Made by a program: the position numbers and the translations under genes
The notes under the pieces: generated by a model
The model's database searches: none
What the model was told of the DNA's origin: nothing
The model's input: only the letters and a program-made list of their open reading frames with translations
In this document: positions 27,408-36,497 of the stretch, piece by piece
How positions within the stretch are numbered: position 1 is the first letter of the stretch
How the letters are laid out: every line of letters begins with the position of its first letter
IMG/VR virus record: IMGVR_UViG_3300037993_000105
Location: 1 to 55,474 of that record
From: a virus
Lineage: Duplodnaviria > Caudoviricetes
DNA: 55,474 nucleotides
Direction: 5' to 3' (one strand)

Positions 27408-29349
27408 TTAGCTGATTGCCGACGCTGCGTCGATCTGACGCATTCTGCAATGTTGTTACTCACCTTTCGGCGGGATAGGTCATTTCTGCCTACCTCATAC
27501 GGTTCAATTCCCGTATGTTCAGACTATCGCATCGCTTGTAACAAGCGTTCTCTCACTTAGTCGTTCAGGCTGCTTTCGCTTGCCCCTTGTTGGCTTCTCA
27601 GCGTTCAAGACAATCAGAGAGAATTTACCCACGACCAGTATGTTAATCGTGGTATCTGGTCCTAGCGAGGTCGTAAAATGAACTCGATAGGATGTCCCAA
27701 CTAGCGACCGGCTACAGCAGCCATCGCTTTACCAGATGTAACCCGGACAGACTCAGTATATCCGGGGATCAACCCTTCAGGGTCTGCAACCGTCGGCTCA
27801 GCGTTCTGCACGATGTTGCACTTGATGTTGCGCCACTCGCCGTCTCCGTAAGTGGTGTCGCCCTGCGCTCCAAGGTTAATGGCGAAGATACCGTCCTTAC
27901 CGAAGATGTAGGTGCGAAGGGCCGTCAGGCCAGTCACGCCACTGTAGTTGATGGTCTTGGTGACCAACGGAGACTGGAAGAAATGAACGCCCGTGGTCGG
28001 GATTTCAATGACTTCCGTCAGATCGACGCTGACCAGCTCTTCCATGCGGGCGAGACCCACAGGGGTGTGCTTCAGGATGTCGATAGGCGAATCGTTGCTG
28101 TTGTCAGCCGTCACGTCGCCAAGGGCGAACGGATGGATGACGCCGACAAAGGACTTGGAAGCCTCGTCGAACGGACGGATCGAACGGCCAGCCATAGACT
28201 GGACGCTGTTACGAATCTGAGACAGCGACAGAGCGGTGAAGCTCGCCGTGGTTGTCGCAGCCAGTTCCACCAACACGCTGGCATCGATGCTGGATGCACC
28301 GTCAGCAGTTGCGCGAACCAATGCGCTCAGAGACTCGCCAAGACGATACGACATTTCTTTCGCAACGTTCTCGACGGTCTGGTCAATCGCGGTTGCGAGA
28401 GACAGGGACGAAAAGTTCGCGTAGTCAGCGTACTCGCCGATAGTGGCAGTCGTATTCAGGACGTTGACGGACAGGGACGGGCCCACAGTTCCTTCGGTCG
28501 TCTGGTTGGTGTTAGCAGCCAGCGGCACGTACATGAACATTTCTAATGTGTTTTGGGTTTAAGACTCGAAAGTCCCTGATGTCACCATCAGGTCGCTCTG
28601 CATGTCACCATGCAGTTCAGACTCTATCATGACTCCCTGCGGAGTCTCTTGCGTATTAGTCGTTAGGGATACCCCACGAGAATTCAAAATTCTTAACTGT
28701 TGCCAATAAACTCGACGCAATTCGTTGTTCGCTTCAGGAGCGAGTCTAACGAAATTCAGCAAGATTTTTGCTTGTTCCCGTTTCACAACTAGGTAAGGGA
28801 GCGTTGCTAATAGAAGAATCTCTATATCCTTCTTCTTTAGCACTCGCCACATGTAGGCTTCTTTCGTTTTCGCTGTCGCTTTCTTTGACAGGTATACGCT
28901 TCCGCCAAAATTACTTTGCAGCCAATCAATCAACTTCTTACTCGTGCTTTGTACCATCACGATTGAGTTGTAATTTATGCAGGTCTCTTTTTGACCAGCA
29001 CCGATTGTGATGCAACCTTCACCATCTAGAATGCCTGCGAGGTAGCCATACTTCGCTTTATCTGACATTTTGCCTCCTTTCGGATATTATGTAGGCATGG
29101 GGTCTTTCCTCGGTATTGTCTACTATTTACTATAGCAGGGGTCCACCGATTTAGCAAGATTTATTTTTACAACCAGTACAAAATGTTTTAGATATACTGG
29201 TTACCGCTCTTCATGGGCAGGTCAAGGCGCTCTGCGCATGCGACGAACGGGGTTTGCGCCTTCAGGTTCTCACGGAACCGTTTATCATAATACTTCACCG
29301 TGGATTGAGGCAGGTTGGATTGCTGGTTTCCAGCAGGAGAGAAAGACAT
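27408..29349 (-). CDS. Major capsid protein (HK97 fold, N4-gp56-like), spliced from 4 exons: 29349..29194, 28543..27760, 27697..27646, 27447..27408; 343 aa
   Basis: Exons sum to 1032 nt in one frame: MSFSPAGN...GNQY|EMFMY...DPEGLIPG-W-TSYRVHFTTSLGPDTT-I-RMRQIDAASAIS*; follows scaffold; VIHPF and DP.G..GW.SY capsid motifs. Confidence 0.9.
27448..27645 (-). ncRNA. Group I intron, 198 nt, no ORF (capsid intron 3)
   Basis: P1 CCACGAU/GUCGUGG with U.G; P3 UUCUCUC/GAGAGAA; P7 GACUA/UAGUC; P8 CGCUUG/CAAGCG; P9 CAUACGG/CCGUAUG; terminal G; P10 CUG/CAG. Confidence 0.9.
27698..27759 (-). other. 62-nt core-less group I-like mini-intron (capsid intron 2)
   Basis: P1 CCCGGAU/GUCCGGG with U.G; P10 GUCU/GGAC; hairpin AGCGAU.GGCU/AGCC.GUCGCU; ends in G; removal rebuilds the U|GG Trp codon and the frame. 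Confidence 0.8.
28544..29193 (-). mobile_element. Group I intron, 650 nt, encoding a LAGLIDADG endonuclease (capsid intron 1)
   Basis: P1 AACCAGUAU/GUACUGGUU; P3 UCUUGC/GCAAGA; P4 UCGGU/ACCGA; R AACGACUAAU and S AUGAUAGAGUCU; P8 GACUCC/GGAGUC; P9 hairpins; P10 AACAUUUU/GAAAUGUU. Confidence 0.9.
28559..29068 (-). CDS. Intron-encoded single-motif LAGLIDADG homing endonuclease
   Basis: YLAGILDGEGCI, FGGSV, LPYLVVKREQA; AAGGAGG SD; ORF reads through intron P7-P9. Confidence 0.9.
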   Translation of the reverse strand: MSDKAKYGYLAGILDGEGCITIGAGQKETCINYNSIVMVQSTSKKLIDWLQSNFGGSVYLSKKATAKTKEAYMWRVLKKKDIEILLLATLPYLVVKREQAKILLNFVRLAPEANNELRRVYWQQLRILNSRGVSLTTNTQETPQGVMIESELHGDMQSDLMVTSGTFES

Positions 29350-29364
29350 AATCTATCCTTCAGG

Positions 29365-30501
29365 TTAAGCTGATACTGGTGCACGCTTTCTGGCGTCCGC
29401 TGCACGTTGCAGGTCGTTCACCAACTTTGCAAAAGCCGGGTTTCTAAGTTTTTTCTTATACTCTTCGGAAGGCATGTTATCAATATCATCCAAAGTAATG
29501 TCAGTTGTCACACCACTTGTTGTGGAGTCTGAAGCATTGCTGCTATTCAGACCGGACGGGACTCTTACTTGGCGCTTTGTTTGCGGCTGCTCGACGGGAG
29601 TAATCCGACTCTCGGTTGCAACTGGAACCGGCGATACTTTTGGTTCCGTACTCGGCGCGGGTGCAGTCGGACCCACTGTGGGTACAGACGGCACGGGCGC
29701 GGGAGTTACCTCACGCACGATAGGGCTGTCGAGGAGCAATCCGGCTCCCTTCAGCGTTGAAAAAGCTAAGTTGAACATCGCGACAGTAGGATTTAGCTTC
29801 TTCTTGAACATCCATGCTGTCAGTACTTGTTTGTTTTCAGCACACGGATAAAACTCCGGTGTCTGTTTCTCGAAAATGTCGTAGTTCGACTTTGCCGTCA
29901 ACTGCAACATGAGCAACTGTTGGTTGTTCAGTGTTTGACGCAGTACGTCAGGCTTCATGCCGACGCTGGCTTCGAACATCGTGTCAATCGCTTCTAGCGA
30001 CTTCGACGGATCGTTCAAGTCTTGCGAAAGATTGAACCGCTCTTCGGTGGACAACTCGCGCGGCTTAAACTCAACAAATGACTCAAAGCGCTGTGCGTCG
30101 TCGGGCAGTGGCGTATCGTCCACGATCCCCAGCGTTTGTTTGCGGGTGACCTCGCGCAACTTGCGCACGAGTTCGACATTTTGAGCTGTGAGTTTTTGCG
30201 CCAACTCGTCCGGCGTATGATAGACGATGACTTGTTTTCCACCCAACTTCGCACCGGCAATATCTGTCGGCTGGTACTCGTATCGAAGCTCTGGCAATGC
30301 ATCCGTAGGCGCAACTACCTGATCGCTATGCGCAACTATGGGCTCGCTATGCGCAACTATGGGAGCAACCGCGGACGTGATGCGCGGGTCACTCGGATCG
30401 TCAAGTGTGTTATCGCCGGGTGCGACGGGCGCAGCTGTGGGCGCGATCACTTCCGGCTCCATTCGACTAAGACGGTTACGAACTGAACTGTTCATTGGCA
30501 T
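29365..30501 (-). CDS. Capsid scaffolding protein
   Basis: Between portal and capsid; Pro-rich linker and C-terminal DIDNMPSEEYKKKL helix pair. Confidence 0.7.
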   Translation of the reverse strand: MPMNSSVRNRLSRMEPEVIAPTAAPVAPGDNTLDDPSDPRITSAVAPIVAHSEPIVAHSDQVVAPTDALPELRYEYQPTDIAGAKLGGKQVIVYHTPDELAQKLTAQNVELVRKLREVTRKQTLGIVDDTPLPDDAQRFESFVEFKPRELSTEERFNLSQDLNDPSKSLEAIDTMFEASVGMKPDVLRQTLNNQQLLMLQLTAKSNYDIFEKQTPEFYPCAENKQVLTAWMFKKKLNPTVAMFNLAFSTLKGAGLLLDSPIVREVTPAPVPSVPTVGPTAPAPSTEPKVSPVPVATESRITPVEQPQTKRQVRVPSGLNSSNASDSTTSGVTTDITLDDIDNMPSEEYKKKLRNPAFAKLVNDLQRAADARKRAPVSA

Positions 30502-30515
30502 AATCTCCTCCTAGA

Positions 30516-30869
30516 TTATTGAAACTCTGGTGAAACGTTCGGCATTTCCGGATTCTCGGGTGTGCCGAGTTTCGAAGCGTTATAGTGTGCAAGATCGAAC
30601 TCTTCGACAATCCTCTGTATCAGCCCTGTGTAAAATTGGGCCGCGGCCTTTGCAACACAATGCAGTGCAACTACGGACTCGGGCTGGTCGACGGGCGTAT
30701 TCATGAGCGCCGTGTTGAAGTCCTTCACAACTTGGACCATCAACAGCTGCATGATGTCCCAACCTTCCTGCTGTATGTATGCAGAAAGTATTTGCTTTTG
30801 ACGGGCGTCAAGTTTGATGTCCATCTCCATGACGTTTGCCATCTCAAGTGACTTCACTGGATCGAGCAT
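30516..30869 (-). CDS. Small head-assembly protein downstream of portal
   Basis: GGAGGAG SD before MLDPV; helical, EGWDI motif; synteny. Confidence 0.6.
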   Translation of the reverse strand: MLDPVKSLEMANVMEMDIKLDARQKQILSAYIQQEGWDIMQLLMVQVVKDFNTALMNTPVDQPESVVALHCVAKAAAQFYTGLIQRIVEEFDLAHYNASKLGTPENPEMPNVSPEFQ

Positions 30870-30927
30870 GTCTCCTCCGAAATTTTGGGGGCAGTGCACA
30901 ATAGGTTAAGTGTCTGCCCCGCTCATA

Positions 30928-33114
30928 TTACTCAACCGTAGGCTGTTGACCTTCAAGCCCCTGAGGGCTAGGCGTGCCTTCAACCGCTTCGCTCATACCG
31001 TTTGCCCTTGCGGACTCACGTATGATGTCGCGTTTGATTCGGTTGTCCGATTCTTGGTCGGCTAATTGTTGTTTTTGTTGGAACTTCTGTTGGTCGCCTT
31101 GTGCCTTAGCCTGTGTCTGCATCTGCATCTGTGCGGCCTTCGAACTGGCGGCACGCTTTTTCTTCATGGCGTCGGTCAGAGGCTTGATGATGTCCTGTCC
31201 GTTCTTCCATTCGGACGCTTCCATCCACATGTTGATAATTGGCTTGAAGTCAATGTACTCTTCGTTGATGTCCGCCAGACTTTCTTGTATCTGTGGGTTG
31301 TCCAGAATCTGAGTCAACATGACCATTGACTGGGCCATCGTACGCTTAGCTGCCAAGCTAGAACCTGCAAGAACCTCGTACTCGATTTGAGCATCGTGGA
31401 ACTCTTGCATGTCAATGTGCTTCGCATACGCTTCCCCCCGCTCTTTTCCAAGAACGGCAAGTATGGCTTTGTCCGACATTATGTTGAAGATCAACATGTC
31501 GAGGATGCTGAGGAACGGTTTGAACACCTGTTCGATGAAGTTGTCCAGCGGGCCATCGAGACGTGTTGCGCTCGCACCCGCGAGAATGTTTGCACCGCCA
31601 GCCGTTCGCCCCATTGAGGAACGCGGACCTGCGGTAGACCCCTGCACTAACTGCTGATCTGCACCAGACGAGGACTCTGTAGCCTGCTCCGATTCCTTGA
31701 GTGCACTCCAAACATCTGACGGTACTTTCGGAGTTTCCATCAGACGATATGCTTTTTCGGTGTCCTTGACGGTGAGAATTTTTCCAATGCCCGACCGAAT
31801 CATTTGTGTCGGGGCGTTGTCATCACGGTCGCGTAGGTACAACGGGTTGACGCCGAACGAAAGGATTTTCAGAATGGCATTGATGGTGCCTTGGTCGACA
31901 CGTTGGTTTTGCCCAACGATCAGCCCGAGACCCATGCCATAGAATGCCTTTGGTCGGTTCCACCAGTTGGCGGAAAGAAACGGTACCTGTTTGAACTCGT
32001 TCTTGCCTGTAAAGATGACGGTCTTTTGATTGAGAACCATGATCTTTCGATCTTTGTCCCAATACTCCATGATCTCAAGCTTGCGGCGCAGCGGGTCAGG
32101 GCTTACTCTGATGTTGACCTTCTCCGCGTGGTGAACGACACCTTCGATGTAAGAGGCTTGTTCCGTCTCCAGTAGTTGGGCCTGTTCTTTTCCTGTGGCC
32201 CAGAATTTCTTTAGGTCTTCCTCCCCCGGAAAGCGCCAGCCTTTTATTGCTTCACCCTTTTCGCCATCAGCCAATGCCTGTACGACGGCATCGCGCAGTT
32301 CCTTCATTTGGTAGAAGTCCATGTAGCGAACGTCTATGACCCACGCGGCTTTGCGAATATCTGAGACGTTTAACTGGGGGTCAACTAGAACTTTGTCGAG
32401 CGGACGAAATTCGAATACGGGCAGCGGAACGATCTTCTCACGAACCTTGATATTGGGTGGTTCGTCGGTGACGACACTGTCGTCTGGCGTGCCGTCGGTG
32501 CCCGGAAGATTTACGACCGAGGCTGTCCTAGTGTAGTACTGGATCGTCTTCCAGTCGTATCCCCACTTCCAAATACCAGTTCCGAGATGCGCCATCTGCT
32601 CCAAGCCCCATTTAGTCTGGGTTTTGAATTCACAGTCGCGCAGGATGTATGAGAGCAGTGTAGTCTTTGCGTCCACGATCTGTTGGGTCTTACCAGCTGC
32701 GACGGGGTCATTGCTGGTTCCACCTGTAGGTCGAAGAATCATTGGAGGATCGTCGTAAAAGAGACCCTTGTGGAGTTGAGGTACGACCGCGTTGCACACC
32801 TTCGCAACGGTAAAGCGCTGGACGTTGGGCTCAAGGACGTACGTGTTTTCGTACACGGTCATTGGGCGCGGCGATTGGTACAGAAGGTCAGCATCTCTCC
32901 AAAGCAATGTCCACTGTCTGTTTGAGATGTACGCCTTCGCAGCCACAGCGGATTGCACGACGAGTGCTAGGTCGCCGCCGATGGTCAGGATGTCGCCGTC
33001 TTTGTTAAAATCCTCGTTGGTCAAATCCCTGTTGGGATTACCTTCGGAGTTTTCCAGATCAGCGATTCCAAGTGTTTCGATCTTCGCGGGCGATGTTTCA
33101 ACTGTGTCTGCCAT
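30928..33114 (-). CDS. Portal protein (P22/N4-like)
   Basis: 728 aa after TerL; GTGIWK.G, VDP, EYW, FYGMG, RTA.G motifs; Gln-rich C-terminal barrel. Confidence 0.85.
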   Translation of the reverse strand: MADTVETSPAKIETLGIADLENSEGNPNRDLTNEDFNKDGDILTIGGDLALVVQSAVAAKAYISNRQWTLLWRDADLLYQSPRPMTVYENTYVLEPNVQRFTVAKVCNAVVPQLHKGLFYDDPPMILRPTGGTSNDPVAAGKTQQIVDAKTTLLSYILRDCEFKTQTKWGLEQMAHLGTGIWKWGYDWKTIQYYTRTASVVNLPGTDGTPDDSVVTDEPPNIKVREKIVPLPVFEFRPLDKVLVDPQLNVSDIRKAAWVIDVRYMDFYQMKELRDAVVQALADGEKGEAIKGWRFPGEEDLKKFWATGKEQAQLLETEQASYIEGVVHHAEKVNIRVSPDPLRRKLEIMEYWDKDRKIMVLNQKTVIFTGKNEFKQVPFLSANWWNRPKAFYGMGLGLIVGQNQRVDQGTINAILKILSFGVNPLYLRDRDDNAPTQMIRSGIGKILTVKDTEKAYRLMETPKVPSDVWSALKESEQATESSSGADQQLVQGSTAGPRSSMGRTAGGANILAGASATRLDGPLDNFIEQVFKPFLSILDMLIFNIMSDKAILAVLGKERGEAYAKHIDMQEFHDAQIEYEVLAGSSLAAKRTMAQSMVMLTQILDNPQIQESLADINEEYIDFKPIINMWMEASEWKNGQDIIKPLTDAMKKKRAASSKAAQMQMQTQAKAQGDQQKFQQKQQLADQESDNRIKRDIIRESARANGMSEAVEGTPSPQGLEGQQPTVE

Positions 33115-33123
33115 ATCTCTCCG

Positions 33124-35127
33124 TTAAAACAAGTCTGCCAGTGGGTCGGTCGCTGACGGATCGTACGTGTCCTCTTTGACAGCGTTGATCGCCTCATAGA
33201 GACTCATGTCAGGATTTTCCTGAACCATCTGCTGTGCATTGAACTTTGCGTAAGCACCCAGCCCGTAGGTCTGTTCGTATTTAGCCTTGCCCAGCGGGTC
33301 AGGACAGTATGTGTCCTGCTGTGCAGTGATTTTTGCTTCCATCTCTGCGTACCCAGAAAACTGGTTGACGAGCAGCGCAAGAGCATCGACAATGTCGTCG
33401 TGCGTTGCCGCCGCGGTTCCGAACTTCGAAAGTTCGTCGTAAAGTTCTTCGAGCGAGGGACAGGAGTTGACGAACAGAAGGCGCTCGTCTCCGAGGTATC
33501 GTAGAACCGGCTTCGCCTTCATCATCTTCGAATTGGCTTTGTTGCCCAATCCCAAAGAGACGAATTCTATGCTGGCGCGCACCTTCAATTTGTCCATCTC
33601 GCGATAGACTTCTCTGCCGAGCCATTTGACGCCGACAGACTCCTCAATACAAACTCGCCTAGGCTTCCACTTCAGCACATTAGCGGCGATGACTGCAGGT
33701 AACTCATACTCGTTGAATCTTCCGCGGTTCATATCGATAACGTAAAATCGACCGCCGTAAATAAGTGCCGTAATGATGACCGTATAGTCTGCCCAACTCT
33801 TCGTCGAATAGGCTGTGTCGACGGTCATAACTATCATGCCAGTTCCGGGCATGAGATTCGCTTGGATTGTGCGTCGTATCAAAAGTTCGCGTGGGAACTT
33901 GACGACGTGCATCTGTGTCGGATCGTTGAGGTACTTGATTGCGAAGTACTCGTCGGTCTTTTTCTTGGTGCGAAGGAACTGATAAGTCAGTGCGTGAGGA
34001 TTGTTTTCCTCATTGAACCAGAGGCCGCAGTCAGATTCGACCATTTCCTCTTCAATTTTTCCTGCCTTAACAGCTGCTTCGTTGGCCCACCAAGCAGCAC
34101 GGATGTAAATCTTCATCGGGAAGTCTTCGCCCTCTTCGGCGTACTTCTTCGAGTTCTTGATATCCTGTCCGTACGTATCTTCTGAATCGTACCAAGTCCC
34201 AATCTTGTCGTAAAAACCGTAAGGATGCAGCATGGCTTGGTTGATGCTGACCTGCTTATTGACCTTCTTCAGTCGGTCAACTGTCAAACTGTTCTCGTTC
34301 GTGACAACGTCGTCCAACTTCATGATACAGACGTGCCAGCCTGCGAGGTTCTGTTCGATTGATGCCGCGAATACCGTGCACTCTTTCTCCAACTGGGAGA
34401 CCGCGGGCGTCTGATATTCATAGCCCTTGCCGTCGTCCTTGGGGATGCAGTGTTCGGGGAAAACGATTTGAAAGATGCTAGGATCGCCATCGCGCATCGT
34501 CTTCGCCTGCAGGGCTTTTTTGAGGGTGAAGAGGTTCATGCACGAACTGTCAGCGTCTTCGAGTACAAAATGTCCTTTGATCTCACTTACAAAATCTTCT
34601 GCGAGGTCGAGCACGCCTGTCAGAATGAGGATCGTCACTTCAGGGAAGCAGCATACCCACTGAACGCAATCCGCCATATCCATGGTGCTCTTGAAGCCGC
34701 CGCGAGGCACGAGCAGAAGACGCTCTTTCTTTTCGATGTAGTTCTCTTTCGCCGCAAATGCTTTGAAGTTCGGCAACGTCGGGTCTTTGCGAACGAAGAA
34801 TTCGTTGCAAATTTCCTCATGCGTGTTATGTACCTTGCCGTCAGTCCAGACATACTCATGGTCTGTCATGGCATCGTAGCCAAGTAGTTTGCACAAAAAG
34901 AACAGATTGGTTTGCGCCATGAAACGAACGCGCATCGTCAACTTGTTGTCCTTAGGCATGCCGTACTTATCGCCGACTTTGAGGACTTTCAACTGGTGAG
35001 CTGGAGAGAGTTTAGAAAAACTCTGCTGGGCCATTGCGTCGATCTCTTCCCAAGACTTGTCTCGATACTGGTAGTTCTTGTCTTGGAGATGTTTGTCCAG
35101 CATGGTTTGCAGGCTATCTATCTTCAC
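33124..35127 (-). CDS. terL: Terminase large subunit
   Basis: Walker A VPRGGFKST, Walker B IMKLDDVV, IGT.Y; RNase H-like VDTA..DYT...IEE...HDDIVDAL. Confidence 0.9.
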   Translation of the reverse strand: MKIDSLQTMLDKHLQDKNYQYRDKSWEEIDAMAQQSFSKLSPAHQLKVLKVGDKYGMPKDNKLTMRVRFMAQTNLFFLCKLLGYDAMTDHEYVWTDGKVHNTHEEICNEFFVRKDPTLPNFKAFAAKENYIEKKERLLLVPRGGFKSTMDMADCVQWVCCFPEVTILILTGVLDLAEDFVSEIKGHFVLEDADSSCMNLFTLKKALQAKTMRDGDPSIFQIVFPEHCIPKDDGKGYEYQTPAVSQLEKECTVFAASIEQNLAGWHVCIMKLDDVVTNENSLTVDRLKKVNKQVSINQAMLHPYGFYDKIGTWYDSEDTYGQDIKNSKKYAEEGEDFPMKIYIRAAWWANEAAVKAGKIEEEMVESDCGLWFNEENNPHALTYQFLRTKKKTDEYFAIKYLNDPTQMHVVKFPRELLIRRTIQANLMPGTGMIVMTVDTAYSTKSWADYTVIITALIYGGRFYVIDMNRGRFNEYELPAVIAANVLKWKPRRVCIEESVGVKWLGREVYREMDKLKVRASIEFVSLGLGNKANSKMMKAKPVLRYLGDERLLFVNSCPSLEELYDELSKFGTAAATHDDIVDALALLVNQFSGYAEMEAKITAQQDTYCPDPLGKAKYEQTYGLGAYAKFNAQQMVQENPDMSLYEAINAVKEDTYDPSATDPLADLF

Positions 35128-35237
35128 AGCTCCTCCAAAAAATTAATGCCTCCGGACGATCAATCCGGTCTCGTGCGGCATACACGTCAGGCGACTTATT
35201 GTCAGGGGAGATACATCCCCTTATCGCGCCAAAATCA

Positions 35238-35888
35238 TTAAGCCTGTGCGGGGGGTGCGCCAGCGCCAACCGCGCCAGCCTGTGCCTGATCCGCGCCTTG
35301 CGGCCCACCGGGGGTCGGCATTGCGGGTGCGGTCTCGGACATATTGGGAGCCTGATCCGTCAGATGCTGCAACATTGACTTGTCGTCAGCAGACGTGTGC
35401 TCTTCCATCTTGTGATGTTCGGGATAGTGGTGATGATGTTCGTGGATGTACGTCCCACCCGCGGCTTTGCGCGTATGGATGGATTTGATCTTCTTGGGCG
35501 GCTTCGCATCGCCTTCGGTAACCTTGTCGTAAATGTTTTTCATTGGATTGTCCTTTGCGGGTGTGACTTTCTCGCCCTTGTGCAGTATTGCTGGTCCCGT
35601 CTTAGGGACATAATCTGTGCCGCTCTTATACGACGGAAGACCCTTCGTCATATCACTGATGTCTTTATCGGATATGCGTTTCTCTCCCGGCTTAGTGCCA
35701 TAAGGCGCGCCCTTGGGATTGGTCTTGTCGACTGCGGTACCCTTGGCGGCTGTCGAGCTTGCAGGTGTGCCCGCGGGCGTCGCTACAGAATTCAACACCG
35801 CGCTTGTTTCTCTGGCCCTGTCTTTGAGACCCGGACCTTCGTTCATGATGTCTTGGTCTGGCTTAGTGGGAGTAGGAGGAGCAGGCAT
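35238..35888 (-). CDS. Hypothetical Pro/His-rich protein
   Basis: Start MPAPP after AAAGGA; GTDYVPKTGPAILHKGEKVTPA motif; HEHHHHYPEHH tract. Confidence 0.65.
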   Translation of the reverse strand: MPAPPTPTKPDQDIMNEGPGLKDRARETSAVLNSVATPAGTPASSTAAKGTAVDKTNPKGAPYGTKPGEKRISDKDISDMTKGLPSYKSGTDYVPKTGPAILHKGEKVTPAKDNPMKNIYDKVTEGDAKPPKKIKSIHTRKAAGGTYIHEHHHHYPEHHKMEEHTSADDKSMLQHLTDQAPNMSETAPAMPTPGGPQGADQAQAGAVGAGAPPAQA

Positions 35889-35889
35889 G

Positions 35890-36387
35890 TCATTGTCCTT
35901 TGAAGAAGTCGGGTAGCGACTTCCATCGCTCGCGCGCGTGCGCCCGCATTCCAACACCGGGATCGTACGGCGGATAGATGTATCTGAATTTCTTTTCTGC
36001 TGCGAGGAAACTATCAGGCATCTCGCCGACTGCCCTGAGGTACATGAGGGTAATTGTTGTCGACCGGCTGTGACCTGCGTTGCAGTGGACGAGTATTTTG
36101 CGGCCCGCGGACTGCATATCTTCTATGAAGTTTATCCCGAGATCAATGACCTCGTCAGGAATCATGGTCGGATCGTCGACATCAATGAGGTTCAGCGCCA
36201 TGACATCGCCCTTGCGCACTGAAAGATAGTTCTTGCCCTTGGGTGCGCCGAGTGTCGTATAGCCTAACATCGAGCGGTGACTGTCAGGTCCGTCCTTACA
36301 ACATGCTAGTCGTGCGTAGCCTCGCCCTTCAGCCTTCGCTACGTCCTTATCGGAGCCAACATATAGCCCACGTATGATCTCCTCCAT
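35890..36387 (-). CDS. Dual-specificity protein phosphatase
   Basis: EIIRGLYVGS N-terminus and CX5R loop ILVHCNAGHSRS. Confidence 0.9.
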   Translation of the reverse strand: MEEIIRGLYVGSDKDVAKAEGRGYARLACCKDGPDSHRSMLGYTTLGAPKGKNYLSVRKGDVMALNLIDVDDPTMIPDEVIDLGINFIEDMQSAGRKILVHCNAGHSRSTTITLMYLRAVGEMPDSFLAAEKKFRYIYPPYDPGVGMRAHARERWKSLPDFFKGQ

Positions 36388-36396
36388 GTTGTCTCC

Positions 36397-36489
36397 TTAC
36401 TGAGCCAAGCGGTCGTACAACAAGACGCCGTATACCAAAAGGATACAGAATCCTGTGAAGCCGAAAAACACCAATGCTGCTTCTATCAT
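36397..36489 (-). CDS. 30-aa single-TM protein (not in ORF track)
   Basis: AGGAG SD; MIEAALVFFGFTGFCILLVYGVLLYDRLAQ fills the gap exactly. Confidence 0.55.
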   Translation of the reverse strand: MIEAALVFFGFTGFCILLVYGVLLYDRLAQ

Positions 36490-36497
36490 AAAATCTC

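Noticed and set aside
27698-27763. Translational bypass (T4 gene 60-like hop) as the explanation for the 62-nt insert
   Set aside because: The GGA take-off is not followed by a stop, the matching GGA downstream is in the wrong frame, and a GGA-to-GGG hop would lose the Trp. P1, P10 and the terminal G fit splicing better. Disfavoured, not formally excluded.
27701-28540. 279-aa ORF as the complete capsid protein
   Set aside because: It has no SD, lacks the N-terminal exon, and its last 17 aa are translated mini-intron.
30324-30363. 21-bp tandem duplication in the scaffold gene (PIVAHS twice)
   Set aside because: In-frame slippage in a low-complexity region; no sign of function.
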